From: a virus
Virus record (IMG/VR): IMGVR_UViG_3300028800_000005
Coordinates: 1 to 64,000 of that record
Strand: one strand, 5' to 3'
DNA length: 64,000 nucleotides
In this document: positions 28,119 through 38,857 of the stretch, in pieces
How positions within the stretch are numbered: position 1 is the stretch's first letter
How the letters are laid out: the number at the start of each line of letters is the position of its first letter
Program-made: the position numbers and the translations under genes
Notes under the pieces: model-generated
Seen by the model: only the letters and a program-made list of their open reading frames with translations
What the model was told of the DNA's origin: nothing
Database searches by the model: none

Positions 28119-28673
28119 ATGACCATCACGCAGAAGTCTTCACTTTCGAGCCCTGCCACCGACCCTCTTCGGAACTTCAAGTGGCAGCTCATTTTCCGAC
28201 CGGCCTCCGGGACGGCAACGACCATGATGGCGATGACCCTCGGCGGTCTTTCGGGAACCATCGACACCATCCCGTACCGTGAGGGCGGGTATAACACGGT
28301 CACCCAGAAGATGCCGGGGCAGGCGGACTTCGGTCCCCTGACCATTACCAAGGGCGTCATGGTTGGCCCGCAATTCCAGATCGACTGGTTCAAGAAGATG
28401 TTCACCGTCCTTCAGGGAACGGGTACGCAGGCGGCCGGTGACGACTTCCGGTACACGGTTGACGTCCTGGTTATCGACCACCCGGTTACCACGGACCAGG
28501 CCCCGGTCAAGGCGGCGTTCACCATTTACCGCGCGTGGCCGACTGCCCTGGCGTTCGGGGACCTGGACGCTGGTGCGAACCAGCTCCTGATTTCCCAGAT
28601 GACCCTGGCTCACGAGGGCTTTACTCCCGACGTCGCGGCGGATATCGGGAACTCCGAGGCCACCTACTCCTGA
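28119..28673 (+). CDS. Tail tube protein (T4 gp19-like)
   Basis: DPLRNFK, IPYREGGYN...KMPG, AWPT...GDLDAG, TLAHEGF. Confidence 0.93.
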   Translation: MTITQKSSLSSPATDPLRNFKWQLIFRPASGTATTMMAMTLGGLSGTIDTIPYREGGYNTVTQKMPGQADFGPLTITKGVMVGPQFQIDWFKKMFTVLQGTGTQAAGDDFRYTVDVLVIDHPVTTDQAPVKAAFTIYRAWPTALAFGDLDAGANQLLISQMTLAHEGFTPDVAADIGNSEATYS

Positions 28674-28689
28674 TACCGGAACTAGTAGA

Positions 28690-28724
28690 ATGGGAGCCGA
28701 GAAGGAACACCTGACCGGCTCCCA
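28690..28724 (+). promoter_or_regulatory. Stem-loop between tube and chaperone genes
   Basis: ATGGGAGCCG...CGGCTCCCAT; loop contains AAGGAACAC, which also occurs at the downstream RBS; TAGAAT overlaps the 5' arm. Confidence 0.5.
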
Positions 28725-28753
28725 TATTCGTAGCACGAAAAGGAACACAGACA

Positions 28754-29608
28754 ATGACTGAAGCCCCGCTCTCCTCCACCGACCCGATGCTGGCCGCTGC
28801 TGCGGTATCCGCTAAGTTCGAAGAAGCGGAGACCAAGTTCCCGGACGCTCCGACGCTGGAGTCAGACCTAGTTAAACTTCCCGGCGGACTCGTCAGGGGA
28901 GAGAACGTTTACCGAACCGCGCAGGTCCGGGAGCTTACCGGTGAGCATGAGGAAAAGATCTACCGGGCCCTGCTCTCACAGAACCCCGCGCACATCCGGT
29001 CAGTCATCCTGGAGTGCGGGCTCGTCCGCATCGGGGACCTGAACGAGTCCGAGTCACGTAAGCTCTTGCCGTCACTACTTATCGGGGACCGGGACGCCAT
29101 CGTCCTAGGCATCCGGAACATGACCTACGACGATTCGGTCGACGTATCCGAGTGGAAGTGCCCGGAGTGCATGGAGCCCATGGACCTCCACCTTGACCTC
29201 TATGAGGACATCGAGGTCAAGAAGCTAACCGACCCGGCGAAGGAAGTTACCTTCGACGTCGCCCTCCGAAAGGGCGGAAAGGCTGTCGTTAAGCTGCCGA
29301 CCGGCGCGGACCAGCTTGTCGTCGGAGAGTCAACCGACCGTACCGGCGCGGAGAGGAACTCCATTCTTCTCCAGCAGTGCGTCATTGAGGTCGACAAGCC
29401 TGACGGAAAGGGCGGCGAGGCGAAGATTATGATCGCCGCGATGCCAGGGTACGTCAAGAGCCTGGGCATGAAGGACCGACGGACCATTCTCGAAGAGATC
29501 GTCAAGCGCCAGCCGGGCCCGCAGTACCAGGACATCAAGATCACGCACGACAGTTGCGGGAAGGAGGTTTCACTAGCGCTCGACCTAGTGGACCTATTTC
29601 TCATCTAA
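28754..29608 (+). CDS. Tail assembly chaperone/baseplate hub assembly protein
   Basis: VRELTG..EE, LLIGDRD, CPEC, LPTGADQ, QPGPQ; between tube and tape measure. Confidence 0.75.
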   Translation: MTEAPLSSTDPMLAAAAVSAKFEEAETKFPDAPTLESDLVKLPGGLVRGENVYRTAQVRELTGEHEEKIYRALLSQNPAHIRSVILECGLVRIGDLNESESRKLLPSLLIGDRDAIVLGIRNMTYDDSVDVSEWKCPECMEPMDLHLDLYEDIEVKKLTDPAKEVTFDVALRKGGKAVVKLPTGADQLVVGESTDRTGAERNSILLQQCVIEVDKPDGKGGEAKIMIAAMPGYVKSLGMKDRRTILEEIVKRQPGPQYQDIKITHDSCGKEVSLALDLVDLFLI

Positions 29609-29768
29609 GATTACGACTCCGCACGATACGTACCAAGACTTCGGGGCAATACACTTGATATTCCCCGGATGGAATCCACGGGAACTCGGGGCACTAACTG
29701 TAAAGAAGCGGAGGTACTACGCCCAGTGGTCCATCGCCCGATACGAACGGATGACCCGAAATGCCTGA
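29598..29768 (+). CDS. Second chaperone segment in +1 frame, no clear start (not in ORF track)
   Basis: FSSKITTPHDTYQDFGAIHLIFPGWNPRELGALTVKKRRYYAQWSIARYERMTRNA*; GW....L.L...RR pattern typical of the small pre-tape-measure ORF. Confidence 0.6.
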   Translation, partial: FSSKITTPHDTYQDFGAIHLIFPGWNPRELGALTVKKRRYYAQWSIARYERMTRNA

Positions 29769-32700
29769 GCCAGATGCCAGTGGACTAGGGAGTCCGTCAT
29801 TCTCTTCTAACGCGGACGACTCTTTCAGCAACCCTGGAAGTCACTCCATCCTTGGCACGAACCAGCTCCAGGCTGCCATCGACAAGTTCGACGCTGCGGT
29901 AACGAAGCTCAGCCAGCTCTATGACAAGGCCGCCAGCTCTATGCCCGTGGGCGGCTCACAGAGCAACGCTGCGGGGATTAGCAGTAACGCGGGTGGGGCA
30001 AGTATAACTAACGCCTCGCAGGGCGCTGGCGGCAAGCGTGCGGGCTTCCTGGGCCTGCCTTCTATGCAGTCCGGGACAACGGACGCTGCCGCCCCTGGTG
30101 CAGCCGCTCCGGGCAGCGGTTTCATGGGTCAGTACTCTATTAACGGACAGCCGTCAGGTGGCAGCCAGGGCAGCGGTAGTCAACTTGCTAACGGCGTGTC
30201 CGGATTCATGGGCCAGCACTCTATTAACGGGCAGCCGTCTGGGAGCAGTGGCCAGGGGAACGGACAGGGCAGTAACCAGCGCAGCGGAGTGGCGAGCGGC
30301 TTCATAGCAACTGCTGCGGCAATTGGTAGCTTCGGGGCCGCGCGTCTGCCGGACAGCACGTCCATGACGAACATGACCTGGCGCGGAAACCTTATCGGTG
30401 GTGCGCCAGGTACCGGCGGGTGGAACCAGGCGGCGTCCCAGCGGGCCGGTGCCTTTGGTGCCGGTGGTGTCGGGGTAGATTCGAATGCCCTGAATGCTTC
30501 GGATGCGGCTGCTGGTTACTCGGCAGCGCAGCAGTGGTCTGGTTCCGCCATGCCGTACAAGTGGACTAATAACAACCGGGTCACATTCAGTAACCCAACT
30601 GCCAGCGCGATGTACGGGGCCTCCTCTTCCTTCGGCGCTGCTAACCCCGCGCTGGGTTCCGCCGGTTCCATGCAGATGGCCGGGGCACTGTATAACCCGC
30701 AGATGTCAATGCGGATGATGCAGCTCGGGTACGGTAAGACCCCGCTGAACATGAACGGGAAGCACCCCAGTCAAATGGGTGGCGTCGTCCAGTCCATGAT
30801 GGGCCGAATGTTTCCCGGGCAGCAGGACAAGAAGGGCGCGGTTAACCCGAAGAACCTAGCCGGGTCAATGGCACCCGGTCAGGTAGGTTACGAGAACCTG
30901 GCACAGCTTGGCATGTCACCGGAGCAGATCTCCGAGATGACGTCGACCATGGAGATGTACAACACCTCCTCGAAGCAGACCGGAAAGAGTTTCGGCCAGC
31001 TTCAAAGCATGTTCGAGAAGTACCGGGTCGGTGACAAGTCGACCAAGTCCCAGATCAGCAAGGAACTTGGCCCGAACATCATGAAGTCCATGAAGGAAGC
31101 GGAGGCAACGAAGACCGGTCAGACCTCGGACGTGAACACCCAGTTCGCACAGGGTGTCGACAAGGCAGCCCAGGGCCTTGCTAAGTTCAATAACGCGATG
31201 GACAAGGTTCTTCAAAACCCACTAATGAAGCTTATCGTCGGAGGAGGCGGCGGTGCAGCCGGGGCATTTAGCGCCCTGGGCAGCGGTGCGACAATTGGCG
31301 CGGGTGCTTTCGGTGCGAGCAAGCTGCTGGGCCTGCTACTTGGTAAGGGCAGTGGTGAGGCCGGTGTAGTCGGCAAGGCCCTAGGCATGGGTTCGAAGGG
31401 CGCTGGTGCTGCCGAAGGCGCAGGCGGGGCTGGTGCTGCCGAAGGCGCAGGGGGAGCGGGTGCGGCTGGCGGCGCGGGTGGTGCGTCAGGGCTGGCCGGT
31501 ACCTTTGCGGCTGCACTGGGAAGCTCGGCCGTCATGGTCGCCGTGAACAAGATGGCTGACGTATTCGGTAAGTCCCTGGGTCAGAAGATCACAAACCTGC
31601 TGCACCTGCCGAGTCTAAATAAGCTGCCAGGCCCGGTAAAGCAGACTGCCGCTAACACGGCCAAGAGCATTGGTGACATGGTCCCCCAGCTCGGTGCCGT
31701 GACTAACCTAGTCAAGGGTGCCCTTGGCTTTGCTGAAGGCGGCCGGGTACGGGGAGGTACCCCCGGTAAGGACACCGTCCACATCATGGCGCAGGACGGC
31801 GAGACGGTACTTAACCCGAAGGCCTCGCAGAAGCTCGGGTACGACGTAATCGACAAGCTGAACCGGGAGAATCCGAACCCGGCTGGTAAAACCGAGATGA
31901 AGGACGGGATTCTTCACGCGGCCGGTGGCGCAGCTATTCTCCAGGACGCGAAGAAGTACGCCGGGCACAAGTACGTCTGGGGTGGTCCTTCGAACCCGAA
32001 GGGCGGGTGGGACTGCTCCTCATTCGCTAGCTATGTCCTTGGCCACGACGAGGGATACAAGCTTCCCGGAGGGAAGACCTGGGACCAGGCCACCAGTAGC
32101 GGGAAGACGCACGGGCCCACGTCGGGCTCGTTCGCTGGAATGCCTGGTGCTCACAAGGTAAGCAATAGCGCGAAGGACATCCAGGCGGGTGACCTGCTAG
32201 TCTGGCCGACGCACGTTGGATTCGGTGTCGGTCCCGGGACAATGTTCTCGGCATATGACACGGCGAAGGGTACGCTCCAGACGCCGAAGGACATGCAGAA
32301 CGCAAGTGGGCCTAGCGGGGAGAAGCTGACGGTTCTTCGCCTGGGCGCTGGCGGTGGTAACGCGAACAGCTCGGGTGGTGGAAGCGGGTCCTCTTCAAGT
32401 TCATCTAATTCCGGGTCATCGCAAACGAATACCGGAGGGGGCAGCCCAAGCTCGACTTCTGAGACCGATAACGTACTGGGTGCCCTTGGGGCGGGGGCGT
32501 ATGCTTCAAGCGCGAGCGCCCCACAGCAAAGCAAAACTACTAGTAACGGTGGTGGAGGGGCCCCGGCCGGGGGTGTTACCGGATCTGCCGCCGCAAACGG
32601 CAAGGAGCTTTACCAGTACCTGCTGACTAACCTATTCGGTGGTAAGAAGATAGCGGCAGCCGGGGCTATCGCCTCAATCTGGGGTGAGTCAGGCTGGAAC

Positions 32701-33327
32701 CCGATGTCCCAGGGTACCGGAGGCCGTGGACTTATCGGATGGACTCCACCAAGTTCAATCAGTGATGCCGCATTCAAGGGCGGCATGAAGACGCAGCTCC
32801 CGGAGATCATTAACTTCGTCCACAAGAACGGGGACATGGGTGCTGTCCACCAGATGGAGGGTGCCAGCACCATCCTGGACGCGGCAAACATCTGGGGTAA
32901 GAAGGTCGAACGTTACGGAATTAACGACGTTCACTCCGCTGGAATCGCGGCGGCCAAGAAGATAGCCGGGCTGGCGACGGGTGGTGTCACCCAGAAACCA
33001 GGGCCATACCTGGTTGGCGAGCGCGGGCCGGAGGTCGTGGACCTTCCCAGCGGGGCGTCAGTAACGGACGCCAAGCGGACGAGCGTCTCCGGGGCCCAGG
33101 GCGTGGCCCAAACCCCGTGGAAGGTGTCCGTACCCCAGCCTGCCGCATCTAGCAAGGGTGCGCAGGTTAACCTGACCTTCGGGGATGTCGTCATTCAAAC
33201 CCAGAATGGTAATATCAACAAGCAAGACGTTGCTAACTCGGTACGGGAGATTTACGCGGGCGTCACGAAGATGATCGAGAACGACAAGGTGATACAGGCG
33301 ATCGCCAACGGAGAGAAGCGCGGGTAA
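29761..33327 (+). CDS. Tape measure protein with NlpC/P60 and tail-lysozyme domains
   Basis: Long Ala/Gly-rich helical protein; YVWGG...WDCSSF...HVG; AAGAIASIWGESGWNP...GLIGWT; LVGERGPE. Confidence 0.88.
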   Translation: MPEPDASGLGSPSFSSNADDSFSNPGSHSILGTNQLQAAIDKFDAAVTKLSQLYDKAASSMPVGGSQSNAAGISSNAGGASITNASQGAGGKRAGFLGLPSMQSGTTDAAAPGAAAPGSGFMGQYSINGQPSGGSQGSGSQLANGVSGFMGQHSINGQPSGSSGQGNGQGSNQRSGVASGFIATAAAIGSFGAARLPDSTSMTNMTWRGNLIGGAPGTGGWNQAASQRAGAFGAGGVGVDSNALNASDAAAGYSAAQQWSGSAMPYKWTNNNRVTFSNPTASAMYGASSSFGAANPALGSAGSMQMAGALYNPQMSMRMMQLGYGKTPLNMNGKHPSQMGGVVQSMMGRMFPGQQDKKGAVNPKNLAGSMAPGQVGYENLAQLGMSPEQISEMTSTMEMYNTSSKQTGKSFGQLQSMFEKYRVGDKSTKSQISKELGPNIMKSMKEAEATKTGQTSDVNTQFAQGVDKAAQGLAKFNNAMDKVLQNPLMKLIVGGGGGAAGAFSALGSGATIGAGAFGASKLLGLLLGKGSGEAGVVGKALGMGSKGAGAAEGAGGAGAAEGAGGAGAAGGAGGASGLAGTFAAALGSSAVMVAVNKMADVFGKSLGQKITNLLHLPSLNKLPGPVKQTAANTAKSIGDMVPQLGAVTNLVKGALGFAEGGRVRGGTPGKDTVHIMAQDGETVLNPKASQKLGYDVIDKLNRENPNPAGKTEMKDGILHAAGGAAILQDAKKYAGHKYVWGGPSNPKGGWDCSSFASYVLGHDEGYKLPGGKTWDQATSSGKTHGPTSGSFAGMPGAHKVSNSAKDIQAGDLLVWPTHVGFGVGPGTMFSAYDTAKGTLQTPKDMQNASGPSGEKLTVLRLGAGGGNANSSGGGSGSSSSSSNSGSSQTNTGGGSPSSTSETDNVLGALGAGAYASSASAPQQSKTTSNGGGGAPAGGVTGSAAANGKELYQYLLTNLFGGKKIAAAGAIASIWGESGWNPMSQGTGGRGLIGWTPPSSISDAAFKGGMKTQLPEIINFVHKNGDMGAVHQMEGASTILDAANIWGKKVERYGINDVHSAGIAAAKKIAGLATGGVTQKPGPYLVGERGPEVVDLPSGASVTDAKRTSVSGAQGVAQTPWKVSVPQPAASSKGAQVNLTFGDVVIQTQNGNINKQDVANSVREIYAGVTKMIENDKVIQAIANGEKRG

Positions 33328-33328
33328 C

Positions 33329-34357
33329 ATGCCAATCATAACCACGTCACCGTCTACCGGCGCAAAGTCAGCCACGGTCAGCCCGAAGACCGGCGCGGTG
33401 TCAAATCCATCTCCAGGAACGACCTCCGCTGGGAGTAAGGGGGACGTACCGTACTACGCGCAGTCTCTGTTCGATTCCCGGATCTACTCTCTCGTGTTCC
33501 CGATGGAACGGAATGACACGGAAGCCCCGACAAATGGCGGTGGTTACAACGGCGGGCTGACGCGCGGGATGATGATATGGGACAAGGCTTACCCGCCGTA
33601 CACGCACCAAGCCGAAATGCATTTCCTGTTCAACCCGACGACCGTCACGGCGACCTACTCTGTCGACTCCGGTGACGCTTCGACATCATTGATGTACCGC
33701 AGCCCTACGGACACGGCGCAGGCCGCCTTTGCGATGAACCAGACGGTCAGCTTCAGCCTTTACTATGACCGGACGTTCGAGCTATGGGGGTCCTATGGCG
33801 CGTCGGGCGTGCCAAACCCCCAGACAGTCGGCCCGAACGGAAAGATGCAGGACACCTCGTCAGCTAACCCCAATATTAACGGCATGAACCCGATGGACCC
33901 GACCGTGTACGGCGTGAACGTCGACATCATGGCCATGAAGCAGATCACCGGAATGTTCCTGAACCAGCTATCTGCTCCCTCCGGTGCGGCGACTGGTGCT
34001 CCGACTAGTAATGCTTCCCCCGGGCTGTCCCAGCAGGGTGTAATGTGCATGCTCCCGACCTGGGTTTACTTCGGGGCGAAGACGGGCCTCGTATACTACG
34101 GGTACATATCCTCGTTCACGGTCACCGTGACTCACTGGACCCAGTTTATGATTCCTATGCGAGCGGTGATCGACGTCGGCTTTAACCTGCTTGTCCCCTC
34201 GGCGGACCAGAAGGACGGGCCAACCTTCACTGACTGGAACACCCTGGCACAGCTCGCCATCGGAACCTCGGCTGCTGATAGTGCAAATGGACAGCAGACA
34301 ATCAGCAAGGCAACAGGTAACAACAGTAACCTGTCCACGGGGAAGGCGGGGCGATGA
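33329..34357 (+). CDS. Tail tube initiator/baseplate protein
   Basis: FLFNPTTV...Y, YGYI.S..V...HWT..MIP.R. Confidence 0.7.
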   Translation: MPIITTSPSTGAKSATVSPKTGAVSNPSPGTTSAGSKGDVPYYAQSLFDSRIYSLVFPMERNDTEAPTNGGGYNGGLTRGMMIWDKAYPPYTHQAEMHFLFNPTTVTATYSVDSGDASTSLMYRSPTDTAQAAFAMNQTVSFSLYYDRTFELWGSYGASGVPNPQTVGPNGKMQDTSSANPNINGMNPMDPTVYGVNVDIMAMKQITGMFLNQLSAPSGAATGAPTSNASPGLSQQGVMCMLPTWVYFGAKTGLVYYGYISSFTVTVTHWTQFMIPMRAVIDVGFNLLVPSADQKDGPTFTDWNTLAQLAIGTSAADSANGQQTISKATGNNSNLSTGKAGR

Positions 34358-34629
34358 TAGGTCAGTTCAGCCGGTACATCGACTCTTCAATAGTGAACGT
34401 CGATGTAAACAAAAGGACCCGGCAAGTTATAGTTCCCAGCCCTCCGCAGCCGTACACGATCGTGTTCCGGTCCTACATGGTCACGGACTCTGACACACTT
34501 GACGGCCTGGCTGACCAGTTCTTCGGCGCGGCTACATGGTGGTGGAAGATCGCGGACGCTAACCCGGAGATCCTTGACTGGACCACCATCCCCCCGGGCA
34601 CCGTCATTCGTATTCCGGTGGCATCGTGA
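34354..34629 (+). CDS. LysM-like baseplate protein (gpX/gp53-like)
   Basis: DTLD.LA..FFG....WWKIADANPEI......PG.VIRIP. Confidence 0.85.
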   Translation: MIGQFSRYIDSSIVNVDVNKRTRQVIVPSPPQPYTIVFRSYMVTDSDTLDGLADQFFGAATWWWKIADANPEILDWTTIPPGTVIRIPVAS

Positions 34630-35798
34630 CTTCCACACCCGTCGGCCCAGTCATATTCTCGGCTACAGTTAACGGCGTGAAGTCCCAGACGGCTCCGCTG
34701 GACTTTGAGGTGCAGCAGGAGTGGGGAAAGCACGACCTTTTCTTCGCGCGCGTCGTGGTAAAGAAGGGGCTGACGTACACTAAGCTGCTGAAGTCCTGGC
34801 CAGAGGGTGCCGCCGTTGACATCACCTGGGGACGTTACCCGACATCAGTACAGCACTGGTACGGGTACATAAACCACCATCAGATCAACACCGAAGATGA
34901 CGCGAACGGGCAGAACATCCAGATCACGTACGTCTTTATCGGAACCAGTGCGAAGATGAACGGGGACAAGAACCGGACCTGGAAAAGCTACACGCCAACG
35001 GCCATGGCGAGTACCATTGCCCGGGAGAACTCGCTGCGGTGTGTCGTCACGTCGACCGACTGGACACTGCCGTACGAGGTTCAGGCCCACGAGTCAGACT
35101 TTCAGTTCCTTAACCGGATGGCCGACAAGGTCGGAATGCGTTTCTGGGTTTCCGGAGGGACGCTGTACTTTATTGACCCTATCGTCCTCCTGTCCGGTGC
35201 GAGCAACTACTTCATCCCGCAGTACACGATTAACCGTGCGGCGTACCTCCAGGACACCGCACGGAACTTCGAGCTGATGCAGGGTTCTTCTATTCCCGGG
35301 GCCTTCAAGATGTCCCGCACGGTCTACGGCCTGGACCCGGACACCGGTCAGGTGATCCAGGCGACCGCTGACGGGGACACGTATGACGACGAGATCGTGA
35401 ACATTCACCGGAACGTGACTTCAACGCAGGAAGCGAAGCAGATCCAGAACGCGGCCCAGGCCCTAAGCCAGTTCTGGCGCACCGGCACGGTAGAGGTATT
35501 CGGGTACAGCCTGCTGTATCCCGGGAAGATGATCAAAATAGATGGTGCGGTCATGCCCGATGACACGGCCGGTAACTGGATCGTCATGAAGGTAAACCAC
35601 ATCCTGAAGATGTCCGGCAGCCCGGACCCGGTGAATGACAAGTACGTCAGCCGCCTTACTATCTCGTCAAACGTGAGCGCGACGATTCCCTTTGTCAAGG
35701 GGGTCCACAAGGTCACGCCAGAGATCATTCCGTGCAACCTGAGTGGCGGGAAGTGGCAGGCACAGCAGCTTAACACGGTCATCGAGGGGGTTGTGTAA
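34626..35798 (+). CDS. Baseplate hub protein (Mu gp44/gpD/VgrG N-domain-like)
   Basis: [23 protein letters not shown]; synteny. Confidence 0.8.
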   Translation: MTSTPVGPVIFSATVNGVKSQTAPLDFEVQQEWGKHDLFFARVVVKKGLTYTKLLKSWPEGAAVDITWGRYPTSVQHWYGYINHHQINTEDDANGQNIQITYVFIGTSAKMNGDKNRTWKSYTPTAMASTIARENSLRCVVTSTDWTLPYEVQAHESDFQFLNRMADKVGMRFWVSGGTLYFIDPIVLLSGASNYFIPQYTINRAAYLQDTARNFELMQGSSIPGAFKMSRTVYGLDPDTGQVIQATADGDTYDDEIVNIHRNVTSTQEAKQIQNAAQALSQFWRTGTVEVFGYSLLYPGKMIKIDGAVMPDDTAGNWIVMKVNHILKMSGSPDPVNDKYVSRLTISSNVSATIPFVKGVHKVTPEIIPCNLSGGKWQAQQLNTVIEGVV

Positions 35799-35799
35799 G

Positions 35800-38442
35800 A
35801 TGGCACCACCGGCCAGGCAGTGGTTCGGTACGTACACCGCGAGTGTTGCTAACGCGCGCAAGGATAATTACCTTGAGCTGAACATCCCCCAGGTTCTTGG
35901 GAAGTCCATTTCGAACTGGGCGGCCCCGGTTGTGTCCTGGCCTGGGCCGCCGCTTACCCCGGGCACGGTTGTCTTCGCGGCGTTCCTTGGCGGGGACATT
36001 AACCAGCCAGTGTGGGCACCTAAGGCCCGCATACTGCAGGGTATTTACCCAGGGGACCCGACGCTAGTCCTCCACGGGGACGGCACCTGGGGAGCCGTGG
36101 TCTCTTCAAGTGGGCAGGTTCTCCCGACTAGTGCCATGGACATGAACGGGCAGATCATTACTAACGCCGCCGATGGCGTTGCTAATACTGACGTGGCTAC
36201 GGTGGAGCAGGTAAACCAGGTCGAATCCGACGTGATGACCTACCTGCAAAGCATCTCGTCTGAACTAGGCGGGGGATCAACCGGCCCCGTAGGGCCAGCC
36301 GGACCAACCGGACCCGCCGGACCTCAGGGGCCCGTGGGAGCCACAGGGTCTACCGGCCCGGCCGGGCCCACTGGTCCGACAGGGGCAACCGGAGCTACGG
36401 GACCGGCGGGCCCTACGGGGCCGACCGGGGCGACCGGACCTACCGGGCCGCAACCCCCGCTGAACACCACGGCCGTTAATATACAGGCCCTTGGAACCCA
36501 GGCGGCCGGAACGTTTACCACGGCAGCGGCGGCCGACCACGTGCACCCCACGACAGGCCTGGCTACTGCCGCGTCTATTTCCGCAGCGGCCGGTGCGGGA
36601 GATTCCACGCTAGCCCTCACGCCTGCCGGGTACTGGCGTCTCGGGGACGTTACGGCTGGCTCCTGCCCGGACTCCTCTGGGAATAACAACCCGGCCGTAG
36701 TGACAGGGACGATCGCGCCGACGCAGGGTTTTCCGGGGACTAAGGCCGCGTATTTCGTTAACTCTACCGCGTACGCCACAACCGCAGCCTTCACGTTCGC
36801 CGTTCCTTCCGCATGGTCCCTGGAAGTCTGGTTCAATACCTCAGCGCTGGGTAACAATGTCGCACTGATGTCGGGCGGGTCGTTCGCCCAGAACAGTCAC
36901 CAGGGATTCAACCTGATCCTGTTCTCGGACAACAACATTTACTTTGACTGGGGTAACGGGACCGTACGGAACAGGGTGAACACGACCACGGCTCCGGTTA
37001 CCGCTAACACCTGGCACCATGTGGTCGGCACGTACGACGGAACGACATCGAAACTTTACCTGGACGGAAGCCTGGTCGCGAGCGGATCAGCCACCGGCCC
37101 GATGAGCTGGCCAACGCCGCAGGTTGCCTTCGCGCAGGTCTACACGGGCATCGGCGGAACGCCGCACCCGCTATCGATTGAGCGCGGGGCAATTTTCTCC
37201 TCCGTGCTGACGTCTGTGACCGTGGCGAACAGGTACAACACGGCCCTGTTCAGCTCGGCCACCGCTGGCCCGACAGTTATCAATGCGGCTGACTACAACA
37301 GCATTCAGGCCGCACTTGATGCGGCGGCAAATGGTTCTAATACCTCACCGACCGTGTACATACCGTCAGACCGGCTCTGGCAGGCTAGCGCGGCGTTTAC
37401 TTACACGTCTGGTAAGCCGCTGCACATCACGGGTGACATCAGTGGTGCTGCCACGAATCACGGGACGACAATTCAGTGCGCCGCAGGCGGGAACTATACC
37501 CTGTTCTCTGCCCCGAACTCACCGAACACGTGCATCGAGCACCTGACCCTTGCGACTCTGGGTACCATGGGATCGTCCTCGACAGCCATTAACCTGGGCG
37601 CGTACTCGACTGTAAACGACATAACCATTACCGGTCCAAGCTCCAGCCAGTGTTTCTACACCGGCATTGAGATTACCGGTAACGTATACATGACCAACTG
37701 CTGGATTAACGCCGTCCAGACAGCGGTGTACCTTTACGAGGGTGGCGGGGGAGTCATCATGGGCACCTCGACCTTCACGGTTCCCGGAGGAGGGTCGGCT
37801 GGTATCTGGGCGAACGGCGCTACTGTCCGCATGACAAACTGCTTCACCACCGGAGGTGACCGGGGCATCTACGCCACGGCCGGTGAATTCATGTTCATCA
37901 ACAACGTGGAGATAAACAACTGCTGGGTCGCTGGCCTGGAAGTCGCGCAGCTAGACGGGCACCCCCCGGGCTTCATCGGGCAGGTCTGGGCGAACCAGCT
38001 ATGGATGACGGGCGGGGAGTCCCCGCTGGCGCACGGGGTTATCTTCAACACGGGCGGCGGGACCCTGCAGTTGACGCAGGCGAACATCGGCGGGTTCTCG
38101 GGTAACGGGGTGTGGCTGCGGAAGGGATTCGGCTTCGGAATCTACGAGTCGGTCTTCGGGGAAAACGGATTCTATGCCGCGAACTCCTATGACGACATCC
38201 ACATCGAGACCATTGCCGACCAGATACAGATCAACAACAACCGGTTTAACTGTGACCCGTACAACCAGCTCATGAGCCCGGCAGTACGCTCAAGTGTGTA
38301 CGTCCCGTCCGGAGCTATGCCGAACCTTATCTGCACCGGGAACATCTGGCCAGCAGCAGGATACGGGACGGCACCGGTTGTAAACCCAGACAGTTTGGGT
38401 ATCTTTGCGAACAACCTAGCCACTACGACACCAACGCACTGA
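35800..38442 (+). CDS. Baseplate spike (gp5/gpV OB-fold) fused to collagen, LamG and beta-helix domains
   Basis: N-terminal G.Y...V....IPQV.G...NWA.P...PG..V..AF.GGD..QPVW, GPT repeats, [19 protein letters not shown] then beta-helix; ATG 35800 preferred over 35743. Confidence 0.8.
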   Translation: MAPPARQWFGTYTASVANARKDNYLELNIPQVLGKSISNWAAPVVSWPGPPLTPGTVVFAAFLGGDINQPVWAPKARILQGIYPGDPTLVLHGDGTWGAVVSSSGQVLPTSAMDMNGQIITNAADGVANTDVATVEQVNQVESDVMTYLQSISSELGGGSTGPVGPAGPTGPAGPQGPVGATGSTGPAGPTGPTGATGATGPAGPTGPTGATGPTGPQPPLNTTAVNIQALGTQAAGTFTTAAAADHVHPTTGLATAASISAAAGAGDSTLALTPAGYWRLGDVTAGSCPDSSGNNNPAVVTGTIAPTQGFPGTKAAYFVNSTAYATTAAFTFAVPSAWSLEVWFNTSALGNNVALMSGGSFAQNSHQGFNLILFSDNNIYFDWGNGTVRNRVNTTTAPVTANTWHHVVGTYDGTTSKLYLDGSLVASGSATGPMSWPTPQVAFAQVYTGIGGTPHPLSIERGAIFSSVLTSVTVANRYNTALFSSATAGPTVINAADYNSIQAALDAAANGSNTSPTVYIPSDRLWQASAAFTYTSGKPLHITGDISGAATNHGTTIQCAAGGNYTLFSAPNSPNTCIEHLTLATLGTMGSSSTAINLGAYSTVNDITITGPSSSQCFYTGIEITGNVYMTNCWINAVQTAVYLYEGGGGVIMGTSTFTVPGGGSAGIWANGATVRMTNCFTTGGDRGIYATAGEFMFINNVEINNCWVAGLEVAQLDGHPPGFIGQVWANQLWMTGGESPLAHGVIFNTGGGTLQLTQANIGGFSGNGVWLRKGFGFGIYESVFGENGFYAANSYDDIHIETIADQIQINNNRFNCDPYNQLMSPAVRSSVYVPSGAMPNLICTGNIWPAAGYGTAPVVNPDSLGIFANNLATTTPTH

Positions 38443-38470
38443 CATCGAATCCTGGTAGAATGAAGACGGC

Positions 38471-38857
38471 ATGCGACAAGAAATTCTGATCCCTTTTACA
38501 CTGGACCCGGATACCGGAAAGATCATGCAGACTTCGGACCCGGACATCCAGGCGATGCAGCATGTCTCCAGCCTGGTCTGTACAGAGCCGGGGGAACGCG
38601 TGATGCACCCGGACTACGGCATTCCTTTGTCGTCCTACGTGTTCGACCCCGGAGCCTCCATAGTCGCGCAGGCAATTGACAAAGACGTAACCCAGCAGAT
38701 GGCCCAGTGGGAACCTTCCCTGACGGTGGTGCGCATTACCCCTTCAGCGGACGAAGACTTCGGGGTAGCCCGCGTTGACGTCGACTTCGAGACGTCCCCG
38801 GAGGCCACCAGATACACGCAGACGGCTACCGTTTACGTAGGGGGAGTAGTTGCATGA
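38471..38857 (+). CDS. Baseplate wedge/sheath initiator (gp25/GPW family)
   Basis: T.PGERVMHPDYG, WEP. Confidence 0.9.
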   Translation: MRQEILIPFTLDPDTGKIMQTSDPDIQAMQHVSSLVCTEPGERVMHPDYGIPLSSYVFDPGASIVAQAIDKDVTQQMAQWEPSLTVVRITPSADEDFGVARVDVDFETSPEATRYTQTATVYVGGVVA

